Shown here piece by piece: positions 27,983-37,008 of a stretch of DNA of 53,069 nt. The notes beneath the pieces are model-generated. The model ran no database searches. It was not told where the DNA came from and saw nothing but the letters and a program-made list of their open reading frames with translations. The translations under genes and the position numbers were made by a program. Every line of letters starts with the position of its first letter. The first letter of the stretch is position 1. Source of the stretch: Gemmatimonadota bacterium (GTDB lineage Bacteria > Gemmatimonadota > Gemmatimonadetes > Gemmatimonadales > GWC2-71-9); NCBI GenBank assembly GCA_036679645.1, contig JAZDCY010000053.1, positions 1 to 53,069 of the forward strand. The letters are read 5' to 3'.

Positions 27983-28447
27983 GTGAGCGCTTCGCTTCGG
28001 GTCTCGGTGAGCAAGAGCGTGTCGGCGGCGTTCGACTCGATGACCGCACAGGTCTCGGTGCGCGTCCCCACCGATCTCGAGGTCGTCGAGGAGGCGGTGG
28101 ACGTCGTCGCACGCCATTGTCTGTTGACCGGTCTGCCGCCCCGGCGCGCGCGCTTCAACTTGCGCGTGGCCCTGTGCGAGGCGCTTTCCAACGCCATCAT
28201 CTACGGCAACCAGATGGACCCGGCCAAGGTGGTCGTGGTGGAGATCAACGCGACGGACCACCACGTGACGATCCGGGTGGAGGATGAAGGCAACGGGTTT
28301 GATCCATCGGCCGTGCCGGAACCGTCACTCCCGGATGATATCGAGGCCACCGGTGGCCGCGGTTTGTATCTGATACGCAAGCTCGTCGACGACGTCTACT
28401 TCAACGACCAGGGAAACGCCATCTGCATGGTCCTGCGCCGCGCCTAG
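27983..28447 (+). CDS. Anti-sigma factor/Ser kinase (RsbW-like HATPase_c)
   Basis: EALSNAIIYGN, DEGNGFDP, GGRGLYLI. Confidence 0.92.
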   Translation: MSASLRVSVSKSVSAAFDSMTAQVSVRVPTDLEVVEEAVDVVARHCLLTGLPPRRARFNLRVALCEALSNAIIYGNQMDPAKVVVVEINATDHHVTIRVEDEGNGFDPSAVPEPSLPDDIEATGGRGLYLIRKLVDDVYFNDQGNAICMVLRRA

Positions 28448-28536
28448 AACGGCTCGACGCCATCCTCCGGTCGCTCGGCACCCTCGTCGGACATCCTCTC
28501 CGCCTCTGGCGCGACTCGACCTCCGGGCTCAGCGCC

Positions 28537-29970
28537 GTGGCGGGCGAAGGTGCGGACGACCGGCCCCCACCCGAACCCGGCGCGAGCGACGAGGGGTTTC
28601 GGTGGGGCGCCTCTTGGTTCGCACCTGTCCCGGCCGTCTCCGGCTATTGGGTCGAGATCTCTGATAGTGGCAAAGCCGCCGCAGATCGAATTGCGCCCTT
28701 GCTCTCCCAGTTACTCGGCGGGGAAACGGACTCTCTCGCGCTGGTACAGCAACTGGCGGACCGGTACGAGGAAATCGAGCTGCTGTACAGCATCAGCGAG
28801 ACGCTGGGTGGCGCAATCGGGCTGGGCGAAGCCACCCGGACAATCGTCCGGGAAGTGGCCACCGTTGTCGGGGCCCGTCGCGCATCGATCCTGGTGCACG
28901 ACGCAAAGGCAGATGTATTGCGGCCGGTTGCCGGGTGGGGAATTGACGTCGAGAGCTTTGACCCCATCGAAGTGGGAGACGACTGCTCGATCGCCGCGCG
29001 CGTCTTCCGTGAACAGCGCATCATCCGCTACGACCCCAGAAGTGGTGAGGAACCGCCGCCGTGTGAGCCCGGACGCGCCTACCGCGGCGCCGCGTTCCTG
29101 TCCGTTCCCATCGTGCACGCCCGGCCTAACGAGACGCCCCAGCCCATTGGCGTACTGAACGTCACCGATCGAACGGGAACCGATGCGTTCTCGGAAAACG
29201 AAATGCGGCTGCTTGCCGCGGTCGCCAATCAGGTCGGGGCCTCCATAGAGAATGCACGTCTTCTCGAGCGCGACCGTCGTCGGCAGCGGATGAGTCGCGA
29301 GATGGAGCTCGCGCACGATCTCCAGCTCAAGTTGCTGCGCCCGCGGCCGATCAAGGGCGTAGATCTCGCGGCGCGCTGTCTGCCGGCAGAGAGTGTGGGC
29401 GGTGATTTCTACAACGTGTTACAGCTGTCCGATCACCGCGTGGGTGTCATGCTCGGCGACGTATCGTCGCACGGGTTCGCCGCGGGAATCCACGCCGAGG
29501 AGGCGGCCTCACCGGACGAAGCGCTGCGACAACTGCTCGATTCTGTCGGCGAAGAGCTGGAAGAAACGGAGATGTTCCTCACCATCTTCTACGGCGTGGC
29601 AGATACGGTCCACGGGTGCGTACGGTACGCCAACGCGGGCCACCCGCACGCCTTTCGGATCGATGTTGATGGGAGCGCGACCCGTCTCGGCGCAACGTCG
29701 GCCCCCCTAGGCCTGGCCCCCCGCGACAAGATCGCCGGGGCCGATGGGCCATGGACCCGCGCCGAGGACACGCTGTTGCTCTTTTCCGATGGTGTGGCCG
29801 ACGCGCAGGACGAGAGCGGTGAACGATTCGGCGAGGACCGAGTGCTTTCGCTCGTCGTCAAGCACCGCCGCGAAGGCCCCGAAGCTACGGTGGACGCCGT
29901 CCTGAGCGCACTGGAAGCGTATCAGGCCGGTACGCGCGACGACCGCACCATTCTGGTGTTCAATGCCTGA
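28537..29970 (+). CDS. GAF + PP2C/SpoIIE phosphatase (RsbU-like)
   Basis: GAF domain, VGGDFY, GDVSSHG, NAGHP, FSDGV, DDRT. The true start may lie ~100 bp upstream (open frame, no canonical start). Confidence 0.9.
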   Translation: MAGEGADDRPPPEPGASDEGFRWGASWFAPVPAVSGYWVEISDSGKAAADRIAPLLSQLLGGETDSLALVQQLADRYEEIELLYSISETLGGAIGLGEATRTIVREVATVVGARRASILVHDAKADVLRPVAGWGIDVESFDPIEVGDDCSIAARVFREQRIIRYDPRSGEEPPPCEPGRAYRGAAFLSVPIVHARPNETPQPIGVLNVTDRTGTDAFSENEMRLLAAVANQVGASIENARLLERDRRRQRMSREMELAHDLQLKLLRPRPIKGVDLAARCLPAESVGGDFYNVLQLSDHRVGVMLGDVSSHGFAAGIHAEEAASPDEALRQLLDSVGEELEETEMFLTIFYGVADTVHGCVRYANAGHPHAFRIDVDGSATRLGATSAPLGLAPRDKIAGADGPWTRAEDTLLLFSDGVADAQDESGERFGEDRVLSLVVKHRREGPEATVDAVLSALEAYQAGTRDDRTILVFNA

Positions 29971-29972
29971 AC

Positions 29973-30060
29973 GGTGAGCCGTTAGCAGTGCGCCGTGCGC
30001 GGGAGCCCCGGTGACCCGCTCACACCCGCGCACCGCTCACGGCGCACCGCGCAAGGCGCA
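29973..30060. repeat. Inverted array of GTG(A/C)GCN heptamers
   Basis: GTGAGCC-GTTAGCA-GTGCGCC-GTGCGCG ... CGCGCAC-CGCTCAC-GGCGCAC-CGCGCA. Confidence 0.7.
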
Positions 30061-30073
30061 CCTCTGACGGTTC

Positions 30074-30886
30074 ATGGGACGGCGACTCGGCCAGCATTTC
30101 CTGCACGATCCGCGCATCCTCGATCGAATTATTGCCGCGATCGATCCCGCGCCGAACGACGTCGTGCTCGAGATCGGGGCGGGGTGGGGGACCCTCACGC
30201 GGCGGCTGGCCCCGCGCGTCGGGTCGTTGGTCGCCATCGAGAAGGACAAGCGGCTGGCCGCCGCTCTGACGGGTGCGTCGAACGCCACGCCGCATACACC
30301 GCTGCCAGCGAATGTGTCGGTTCTCGCTGCCGACGCGCTGCGGGTGGATTGGCCCGAGATCGTGGATGCGCCGCCAGGTACAGCGTGGAAGATCATCGGG
30401 AACGTCCCCTATCAGATCACGACCCCGCTCATCCAGAAGGCGCTCAGCCCGCCCCCGCCCCTGCCGATCGTGATCGTCTTTCTGATTCAGAAAGAGGTCG
30501 CCGATAGGCTGACCGCATCTCCGGGTGGCAAGGACTACGGGGCACTTTCGGTCGGAGTGCAGGCGAGTGCATCGGTAGAGCGTCTGTTCGTGGTGCGGCC
30601 CGGCGCGTTCGTACCGCCGCCGGCCGTCGACTCGGCGGTCGTGCGGATCACACCGCGCGCCGACCCCCTCGTGTCGCCGGACCGGGCGGCCGCGTTTCGC
30701 TCGTTTGTGACGGGTCTGTTTGGACAGCGACGGCGGCAGGTGAGACGGGGCCTGCGCACGGTGCTCGGGCTGGACCGCGATCGGGTCGTGACACTGCTGC
30801 GCGAGGCCGGCGTCGCGCAAGATGCGCGGCCGGAGACGCTACCCCCCGCAACGCTCGTCCGGCTCTTCGATCGCTCTGTCCGTTGA
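30074..30886 (+). CDS. rsmA: 16S rRNA dimethyltransferase RsmA/KsgA
   Basis: LGQHFL, LEIGAGWG, GNVPYQIT, FVPPPAVDS. Confidence 0.96.
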   Translation: MGRRLGQHFLHDPRILDRIIAAIDPAPNDVVLEIGAGWGTLTRRLAPRVGSLVAIEKDKRLAAALTGASNATPHTPLPANVSVLAADALRVDWPEIVDAPPGTAWKIIGNVPYQITTPLIQKALSPPPPLPIVIVFLIQKEVADRLTASPGGKDYGALSVGVQASASVERLFVVRPGAFVPPPAVDSAVVRITPRADPLVSPDRAAAFRSFVTGLFGQRRRQVRRGLRTVLGLDRDRVVTLLREAGVAQDARPETLPPATLVRLFDRSVR

Positions 30887-30911
30887 CGGCCTCCCCGGGC
30901 ACGCGCTAGTA

Positions 30912-30929
30912 TTGTGAAATCTTTCACAA
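30912..30929. promoter_or_regulatory. Rex operator
   Basis: TTGTGAA-ATCT-TTCACAA, exact Rex consensus 6 bp before the rex ATG; adjoins TTGACG-18-TAGTAT. Confidence 0.93.
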
Positions 30930-30935
30930 TAGCCG

Positions 30936-31556
30936 ATGCCGAAGATCGCCGAGTCCACCGTCCGCCGCCTCTCTCTCTATCTCCGTTTCCTCGAGGAATT
31001 CGAGGAAGAAGGTATCGCCACCGTCTCTTCAGATGAGTTGGCGCAACGAGGAGGCACAACCTCGGCGCAGGTGCGGAAGGACCTCTCGTTCTTCGGGTCG
31101 TTCGGCAAGCGGGGACTGGGCTACTCGGTACCGGAGCTGAGCGCCACGCTGCGCGACATTCTGGGTCTCGAGCGGTCGTACCGTGTTGCAGTCATCGGGG
31201 CAGGAAAAATCGGGAGCGCGCTCGTGAACTACGGTGGTTTCGTGAGTCGGGGATTTCACGTCGACTGGATCTACGACAACGATCCCGCGAAGATCGGGGC
31301 CAGCTGGGATGGCGTTGAGGTTGCCGACGTGACCCGGCTCGAACGAGATCTACGCCGTACCACACCCGATATCGCGATCATCGCCACGCCGTCAGACAGT
31401 GCACAGGAAACGGCCGAGCGCCTGGTCGCGCTTGGGGTCAAGGCCATCCTCAACTTCGCACCCATCCAGTTGTCCGTTCCCGATGACGTTACCGTCAAAA
31501 ACGTGAACATGGCCATCGAACTCGAGACGTTGAGCTACGCGTTGCGGAATCGCTAG
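30936..31556 (+). CDS. rex: Redox-sensing repressor Rex
   Basis: RRLSLYLR, QVRKDLSFFGSFGKRGLGY, GAGKIG, ILNFAP. Confidence 0.98.
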   Translation: MPKIAESTVRRLSLYLRFLEEFEEEGIATVSSDELAQRGGTTSAQVRKDLSFFGSFGKRGLGYSVPELSATLRDILGLERSYRVAVIGAGKIGSALVNYGGFVSRGFHVDWIYDNDPAKIGASWDGVEVADVTRLERDLRRTTPDIAIIATPSDSAQETAERLVALGVKAILNFAPIQLSVPDDVTVKNVNMAIELETLSYALRNR

Positions 31557-31566
31557 ATTGCGGCAC

Positions 31567-32799
31567 ATGCAGCCCGTCCACGTAGCATCCGAAATCGGCC
31601 CCTTGCGGGCCGTCTTGGTACATACACCAGGGAACGAGCTGCTCGCGGTCACGCCCGGCACCCGCGAAGACTATCTCTACGACGATATCATCGACATCGA
31701 GATCGCGCGGAAGGAACACCAGAAGATGGTGGCGGTGCTCGAACGGTTCGCCACCATCTACGAAACGCGTGATCTCCTGACCGACGTGCTGGAGCACGAG
31801 GAGGTCCGCAAGCTGCTCATGGCGCGTGCGACCGACGTCGTGCCATCCGACGCGCTCGCGAGACAGTTCGCCGATCTCCCGGCGGCGGAGCTGGCGATCC
31901 TGCTAATTGAGGGCCAGCGCGAACAGGCGGGGCCGATCGGCCTGGCGCTCAATGAAGTGGGGTACGCACTCCCGCCCGTTCCCAATCTTTTCTTCACGCG
32001 TGATGTCGGGATGGTCGTTGGCGATCACGTCATGGTCGGTGCCATGCGCCACGCGGTCCGATGGAGCGAAGAACTGATCTTCAAGGCACTCTTCCAGTAC
32101 CACCCAGAACTGCGGAACGCGGGCGTGTTGTACGACGGGTCGGCTGAGCGGCGTCTCAACTACACGTTGGAGGGCGGTGACGTCCACCCGGTCAGACACG
32201 ACACGCTAATCGTCGGGTTCTCCGATCGCTCCAGTCCGGCCGCGCTAGACCGGCTGTGTGAGTTGGTGTTCGAGCAGACGCCGGTCACGGAGGTGCTCGT
32301 CATCGTGATGCCCGGAGAGCGCTCGGCAATTCACCTGGACATGATCTTCACCCAGGTCGACCGCGGACTCTGCACGATCTACCCACCGCACTTCATTGGT
32401 CCCGAGCGGCTGCCCGTCTTGCATCGACGGAAGGGGCGTGATGGGGTGAAAGAGATGCCGAATTTCTTCGCCGCCCTTCACGCCGTGGATTTCCCACTTG
32501 AACCCATCCTCTGCGGTGGGCAGAGCCGACCGGTCCAGGAGCGCGAGCAGTGGGCCTCGGCGTGCAACTTCGTCACCGTCCGGCCCGGGCTCGCGTTGGC
32601 CTACCGGCGAAACGAGGAAACGCTGGCCGAATTCCAGAAGCAGGGTTTCCAGATAGTGGAGTCGCTCGCTTTCCTGACGCGAGAGAAAGAGATCGACGAC
32701 GACCAGCGGGCTGTTATCACGATAGAGGGAGCCGAGTTGGTGCGCGGGGGCGGTGGCCCCCGCTGCATGACGCTGCCGCTGCGGCGCGACGATCCATGA
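31567..32799 (+). CDS. arcA: Arginine deiminase
   Basis: SEIGPL, NLFFTRD, LEGGDV, HLD, RGGGGPRCMT. Confidence 0.93.
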   Translation: MQPVHVASEIGPLRAVLVHTPGNELLAVTPGTREDYLYDDIIDIEIARKEHQKMVAVLERFATIYETRDLLTDVLEHEEVRKLLMARATDVVPSDALARQFADLPAAELAILLIEGQREQAGPIGLALNEVGYALPPVPNLFFTRDVGMVVGDHVMVGAMRHAVRWSEELIFKALFQYHPELRNAGVLYDGSAERRLNYTLEGGDVHPVRHDTLIVGFSDRSSPAALDRLCELVFEQTPVTEVLVIVMPGERSAIHLDMIFTQVDRGLCTIYPPHFIGPERLPVLHRRKGRDGVKEMPNFFAALHAVDFPLEPILCGGQSRPVQEREQWASACNFVTVRPGLALAYRRNEETLAEFQKQGFQIVESLAFLTREKEIDDDQRAVITIEGAELVRGGGGPRCMTLPLRRDDP

Positions 32800-33662
32800 G
32801 CGCGTCTGGCGTCACTGCGCATCCCGACGGGACGCTGGTTGAGCGCGCGTTGTCATACCTCGATGCCGGGCCGGCCGCCAGTCCTCAGATCACCCGGGAC
32901 ATTCTGGGTATCCCGCTCGCCACCGACGTGGTTGCCGAACGGCTCGCCGTGGCTCTCTTGGGGGCCGACCCCCGGGTTCGACGCGACCAAACCGGGAACT
33001 GGCGTCTTGCCGATGCCCGGCCCGCGCTCACGGCGCTGGAAGACTGCGCCTTCGCCGTGGTGGACGTTGAAACCACCGGCTCGCGAACCCGCGGGGTCGA
33101 TCGGATCACCGAGATCGCAGTGGTCGTCGTCAGCCGCGGCAAGACCGAGACGGTCCTGGAGACGTTGGTGAACCCGGAACGGGTTATATCCCAAGCGGTT
33201 ACGCGCATCACGCGGATTACCAACGAGCTGGTGCGCGACCAACCGACGTTTCGGGAGATCGCCGATGACGTGCTTAGTGCCCTGGCCGGGCGGGTATTCG
33301 TGGCGCACAACGTCGGCTTCGATTGGGGTTTCGTGTCTCGTGAGATCCTGCGCGCGCGCGATGTGCGGCTCGACGGGGCGCGCCTCTGCACTGTCCGGCT
33401 GGCGCGGCGACTCGTGCCCGGCCTAAAACACCGGGGACTGGATAGCCTCGCTCGCTACTTTGGGCTCGAGATCGAGCAGCGTCATCGTGCCGGAGATGAC
33501 GCGCGCGCCACGGCTGGAGTGCTCCTACGGCTGCTCGGTGCCGCCGTGGAGCAGGGGGCGCGGACCCTCGCTGATCTGGCGGAGATGGGCAAACGTGGTA
33601 GGGGGCGCAGGAGAAGGCGGCGGCGTGGGCCGGCCGGGCCTACGTCAATGGAAGAGGTATGA
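32796..33662 (+). CDS. DEDDh 3'-5' exonuclease (DnaQ/Pol III epsilon-like)
   Basis: VVDVETTG, AHNVGFD, HRAGDDA. Confidence 0.92.
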   Translation: MSASGVTAHPDGTLVERALSYLDAGPAASPQITRDILGIPLATDVVAERLAVALLGADPRVRRDQTGNWRLADARPALTALEDCAFAVVDVETTGSRTRGVDRITEIAVVVVSRGKTETVLETLVNPERVISQAVTRITRITNELVRDQPTFREIADDVLSALAGRVFVAHNVGFDWGFVSREILRARDVRLDGARLCTVRLARRLVPGLKHRGLDSLARYFGLEIEQRHRAGDDARATAGVLLRLLGAAVEQGARTLADLAEMGKRGRGRRRRRRRGPAGPTSMEEV

Positions 33663-34573
33663 CCACGCCCTTGGCCGTCCCGTTTCAGGTGGGTCAGCTG
33701 CGCTGCTGGGCTCTCGACGGCGGTCGGCAGCGGCTCGACGGTGGAGCCATGTTCGGAGTCGTGCCGCGTCCCCTCTGGGAGCGGCAGATCGCCCCGGACG
33801 AACGGAACCGAATCCCGCTGGCCCTTCGATGCCTGCTGATCGACCATCCTGAGGGCCCGGTGCTTGTGGATACGGGCGTGGGAAACAAGGAATCCGAGAA
33901 GTTCATCGACATTTATGGCGTTGATAACGTGGGTGACGGAGGCCATACGAGACTCGATGATGCCCTTGCTATTGCTGGGGTTACGGCATCAGATATAAAG
34001 TATGTTGTGAACACACATCTCCATTTTGACCACGGTGGCGGAAACACGTGTGTAGATGTGGGTAATGGTGCGGTTGGGGACGCTGCGAGCCCACGGCCCA
34101 CATTCGAGAATGCCACCTATTTTGTGCAGGCGCGGGAGCTGGAGTTTGCCCGTCGGCTCAACGAACGCATAGCCGCGAGCTATCTGCCACCCAACTTCGA
34201 GCCGGTGGCCGCCGCCGGGCAGTGGCAGCTGGTCGATGGCGAGGCGGAGATCCTCACGGGTGTGCACTCGCTCCCCACACCGGGGCACGTACCTTTTCAC
34301 CAGTCGATAGTGGTGACCGATGGTGGTGAGACTGCGTGTTTCGTGGGAGACCTGATCCCGACCGCCGCGCACCTGCCATTGCCGTGGATCATGGGATACG
34401 ATCTCGACCCGCTGCTCACGCTCGAGACCAAGCGCTGGTTCCTGGAGCGCGCCACACGCGAACAGTGGTTTCTGGTGCTGGAACACGACCCCGGCGAGGG
34501 AATGGGACGCGTGGTCGCCGACGGGAAGCGCCATCGGCTGATTCCGCTTGACACTCCAACGGCCGCGGGGTAG
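33659..34573 (+). CDS. MBL-fold metallo-hydrolase (YtnP-like)
   Basis: LDGGAMFGVVPR, THLHFDHGGG, GH, WIMGYD. Confidence 0.92.
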   Translation: MTTPLAVPFQVGQLRCWALDGGRQRLDGGAMFGVVPRPLWERQIAPDERNRIPLALRCLLIDHPEGPVLVDTGVGNKESEKFIDIYGVDNVGDGGHTRLDDALAIAGVTASDIKYVVNTHLHFDHGGGNTCVDVGNGAVGDAASPRPTFENATYFVQARELEFARRLNERIAASYLPPNFEPVAAAGQWQLVDGEAEILTGVHSLPTPGHVPFHQSIVVTDGGETACFVGDLIPTAAHLPLPWIMGYDLDPLLTLETKRWFLERATREQWFLVLEHDPGEGMGRVVADGKRHRLIPLDTPTAAG

Positions 34574-34576
34574 CTT
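34548..34576 (+). promoter_or_regulatory. Sigma70 promoter of infC-rpmI-rplT
   Basis: TTGACA-17-TAGCTT. Confidence 0.8.
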
Positions 34577-34584
34577 GGGTTGCT

Positions 34585-34730
34585 AAATACAGGCAAGTAA
34601 GCGTCTTACGCTTCACCCTCCTGCCGCCGTGCGGACACGGCGCGCGTCCAGGGTTCCGATGTTGCCCCCGGGATCGGTCCATCCGGGGCGACCAGCGGAT
34701 TCCGAGGGGTCTTGGGTCCGCTTTTTTGTT
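34585..34730 (+). promoter_or_regulatory. Structured infC leader with intrinsic terminator (L20-leader-like attenuator)
   Basis: Hairpins AAGCGT/ACGCTT and 34661-34692; terminator AGCGGATTC/GGGTCCGCT plus T6 (34694-34727). Confidence 0.6.
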
Positions 34731-34754
34731 ACCGGAGTACAGAGGAGGCAGAAC

Positions 34755-35276
34755 CTGGCAAGTCCGAGCGACACAACCCGTGTTCGTATCAACCGGCAAA
34801 TTCGGATCAGTCCGGTCCGACTGGTAGATGCGGACGGCTCCCAAGTTGGGGTGGTACCAGTCGATGAAGCGTTGCGGCTGGCGGAAGAAAGAGAGCTGGA
34901 TCTGGTAGAAGTCGCTCCGCAGGCGCGGCCGCCCGTGGTCAAGATCATGGACTACGGGAAGTACAAATTCGAGCAAGCGAAGGCCGCTCGGGCGGCGAAG
35001 AAAAAACAGCACATCATCCATATCAAGGAAGTGAAGTATCGCCCGGGTATAGATGACCACGACTTCGACTTCAAGACGCGTCACGCTCGCCGGTTCCTGG
35101 AAGAGGGCAACAAGGTCAAGCTGACGATGATGTTCCGGGGTCGGCAGGTGACGCACCCCGAATTGGGCCGCGCAGTGCTCTATCGCGTGTTGGAGGAAGT
35201 CAACGATATCGCGAAGGTCGAGGCGGAACCAAAGCTCGAGGGGCGCAACATGACAATGGTGTTAGCCCCAAGATAG
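34755..35276 (+). CDS. infC: Translation initiation factor IF-3 (probable CTG start)
   Basis: [36 protein letters not shown] ends 6 nt before CTG. Confidence 0.95.
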   Translation: MASPSDTTRVRINRQIRISPVRLVDADGSQVGVVPVDEALRLAEERELDLVEVAPQARPPVVKIMDYGKYKFEQAKAARAAKKKQHIIHIKEVKYRPGIDDHDFDFKTRHARRFLEEGNKVKLTMMFRGRQVTHPELGRAVLYRVLEEVNDIAKVEAEPKLEGRNMTMVLAPR

Positions 35277-35300
35277 GGCGGGAAGGCGGGAAGGCGGGAT
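35277..35300 (+). repeat. GGCGGGAA x3 octamer repeat
   Basis: Directly after the infC stop. Confidence 0.7.
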
Positions 35301-35391
35301 GGGCACCGATGCATGTTCGCGCTCCCAACCCCGGGCGTCAGCCCGGGGTTCCCGGGGTAGACGAAAACGATGCGGGCGTAAAGGAACGACG

Positions 35392-35586
35392 ATGCCGAAG
35401 CAAAAGACCAGACGCGCTGCCGCGAAGCGGTTCAAGTTGACAGGGAAAGGTCGCGTGAAGCGCATGCGGGCGTACAAGAGTCACATCCTGACCAAGAAGA
35501 GCCAGAAGCGGAAACGGCGCTTGCGCAAGTCGACCTTGGTCTCGAAAGCTGACGAGAAGAACATCAAGCGGCTGTTGCAGTCATAG
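35392..35586 (+). CDS. rpmI: 50S ribosomal protein L35
   Basis: [27 protein letters not shown]. Confidence 0.98.
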   Translation: MPKQKTRRAAAKRFKLTGKGRVKRMRAYKSHILTKKSQKRKRRLRKSTLVSKADEKNIKRLLQS

Positions 35587-35596
35587 GAGCGGTAAG

Positions 35597-35950
35597 ATGC
35601 CACGAGCGACGACAAACGTTGCCCGCCTCAAGCGGAAGAAGAAGATCATGCGCGCGGCCAAGGGCGCGCGCGGCGCCAGGAGCAAGCTCTACAAGACGGC
35701 GAAAGAAACCGTTGAGCGGGCCATGCGGTACGCGTACCGCGATCGACGGAACAAGAAACGAGAGTTCCGACGGCTCTGGATTATCCGTATCAACGCGGCC
35801 GCCCGCCAGCACGACATGTCATACAGTCGATTTATGGCCGGACTACGGAACGCAGGAGTCGAGATCAATCGCAAGATGCTGGCGGATCTCGCCGTCCACG
35901 ATCCGGCCGCCTTTGGAGAACTCGCAGCGGTCGCGAAGAAGGGGAAGTAG
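35597..35950 (+). CDS. rplT: 50S ribosomal protein L20
   Basis: [36 protein letters not shown]. Confidence 0.98.
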   Translation: MPRATTNVARLKRKKKIMRAAKGARGARSKLYKTAKETVERAMRYAYRDRRNKKREFRRLWIIRINAAARQHDMSYSRFMAGLRNAGVEINRKMLADLAVHDPAAFGELAAVAKKGK

Positions 35951-35980
35951 GACGGCGCCTCCGCCGGGGGTTCACCCAGC

Positions 35981-37006
35981 ATGGCGCAGACATCAGTAGA
36001 CGCTCAACTCACACACATCGCGGCGGCACTCGACCAGATCGAGACCACCGACGCGGATGCGCTCGACCAGCTTCGTACCTCGCTGCTCGGCAGGAAGTCC
36101 GGCGCGCTCACCCAACTGCTCCGCTCGCTGCCCAGCCTGGAGCCCGCCGAACGACGGCAGGTCGGCAAGCGCGCTAACGTCCTGAAACGCGAGATCGAGG
36201 CGGCTCTCGAGGCGCGGGGGTTGGCGCTGGCCAGGCCGACCGGTGCCGTATCCGACCAGGACCTCACGATGCCCGGCCGACGCCGCTGGCATGGAGCGCT
36301 GCATCCACTCACCCAGGTCATCGACGAGATCTGCGGCATCTTCCGCGAGTTGGGCTTCTCACGCACCGTCGGTCCCGAGGCGGAGACGGAAGAGTACAAC
36401 TTCACGAAGCTGAACATCCCGCTGGACCACCCGGCGGCCGACATGCAGGACACGTTCTATCTCAAGCCGCATGTCGTGCTGCGGACACACACGTCGCCGG
36501 TCCAGGCGCGCACGATGGAGCGGCACGAACCGCCCATCCGCATCGTCGTGCCCGGCCTGGCATATCGTCGCGATCCGTTCGACGCGTCCCACGCACCGGT
36601 CTTCGATCAGATCGAGGGACTCGTCATCGATGAGGGCGTGAGCTTTGTCGATTTCAAGGCGGCGATCGACTACTTCGCCAGACGGTTCTTCAGCGCTGAC
36701 ACGGCCGTGCGTTTTCGCCCGTCCTATTTCCCGTTCACGGAGCCGTCCGCCGAAGTCGATGCGCAGTGTCAGATCTGCGGTGGTGATGGCTGTTCGGCGT
36801 GCAAGCAAACCGGCTGGATGGAGATCATGGGTGCGGGCATGGTACATCCGGCCGTTATCGAGAACTGTGGTCTCGATGCGGAGCGCTACACCGGCTACGC
36901 ATTCGGTATGGGGCCGGCGCGCATCGCAATGGTGCGGTACGGCATTCCGGACATTCGTATGTTTTTTGAGAACGACATGCGCTTTCTCGATCAGTTCCTG
37001 GACTAG
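35981..37006 (+). CDS. pheS: Phenylalanyl-tRNA synthetase alpha subunit
   Basis: LRTHTSPVQ, YFPFTEPSAE, GYAFGMG. Confidence 0.98.
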   Translation: MAQTSVDAQLTHIAAALDQIETTDADALDQLRTSLLGRKSGALTQLLRSLPSLEPAERRQVGKRANVLKREIEAALEARGLALARPTGAVSDQDLTMPGRRRWHGALHPLTQVIDEICGIFRELGFSRTVGPEAETEEYNFTKLNIPLDHPAADMQDTFYLKPHVVLRTHTSPVQARTMERHEPPIRIVVPGLAYRRDPFDASHAPVFDQIEGLVIDEGVSFVDFKAAIDYFARRFFSADTAVRFRPSYFPFTEPSAEVDAQCQICGGDGCSACKQTGWMEIMGAGMVHPAVIENCGLDAERYTGYAFGMGPARIAMVRYGIPDIRMFFENDMRFLDQFLD

Positions 37007-37008
37007 CC

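Noticed and set aside
34629..34754. N-terminal extension of IF-3 in the ORF track
   Set aside because: It runs through the leader hairpins and terminator, and the SD points to 34755.
35951..35980. T-box or pheM-type leader before pheS
   Set aside because: The spacer is only 30 bp, with no T-box motif or Phe-rich peptide.
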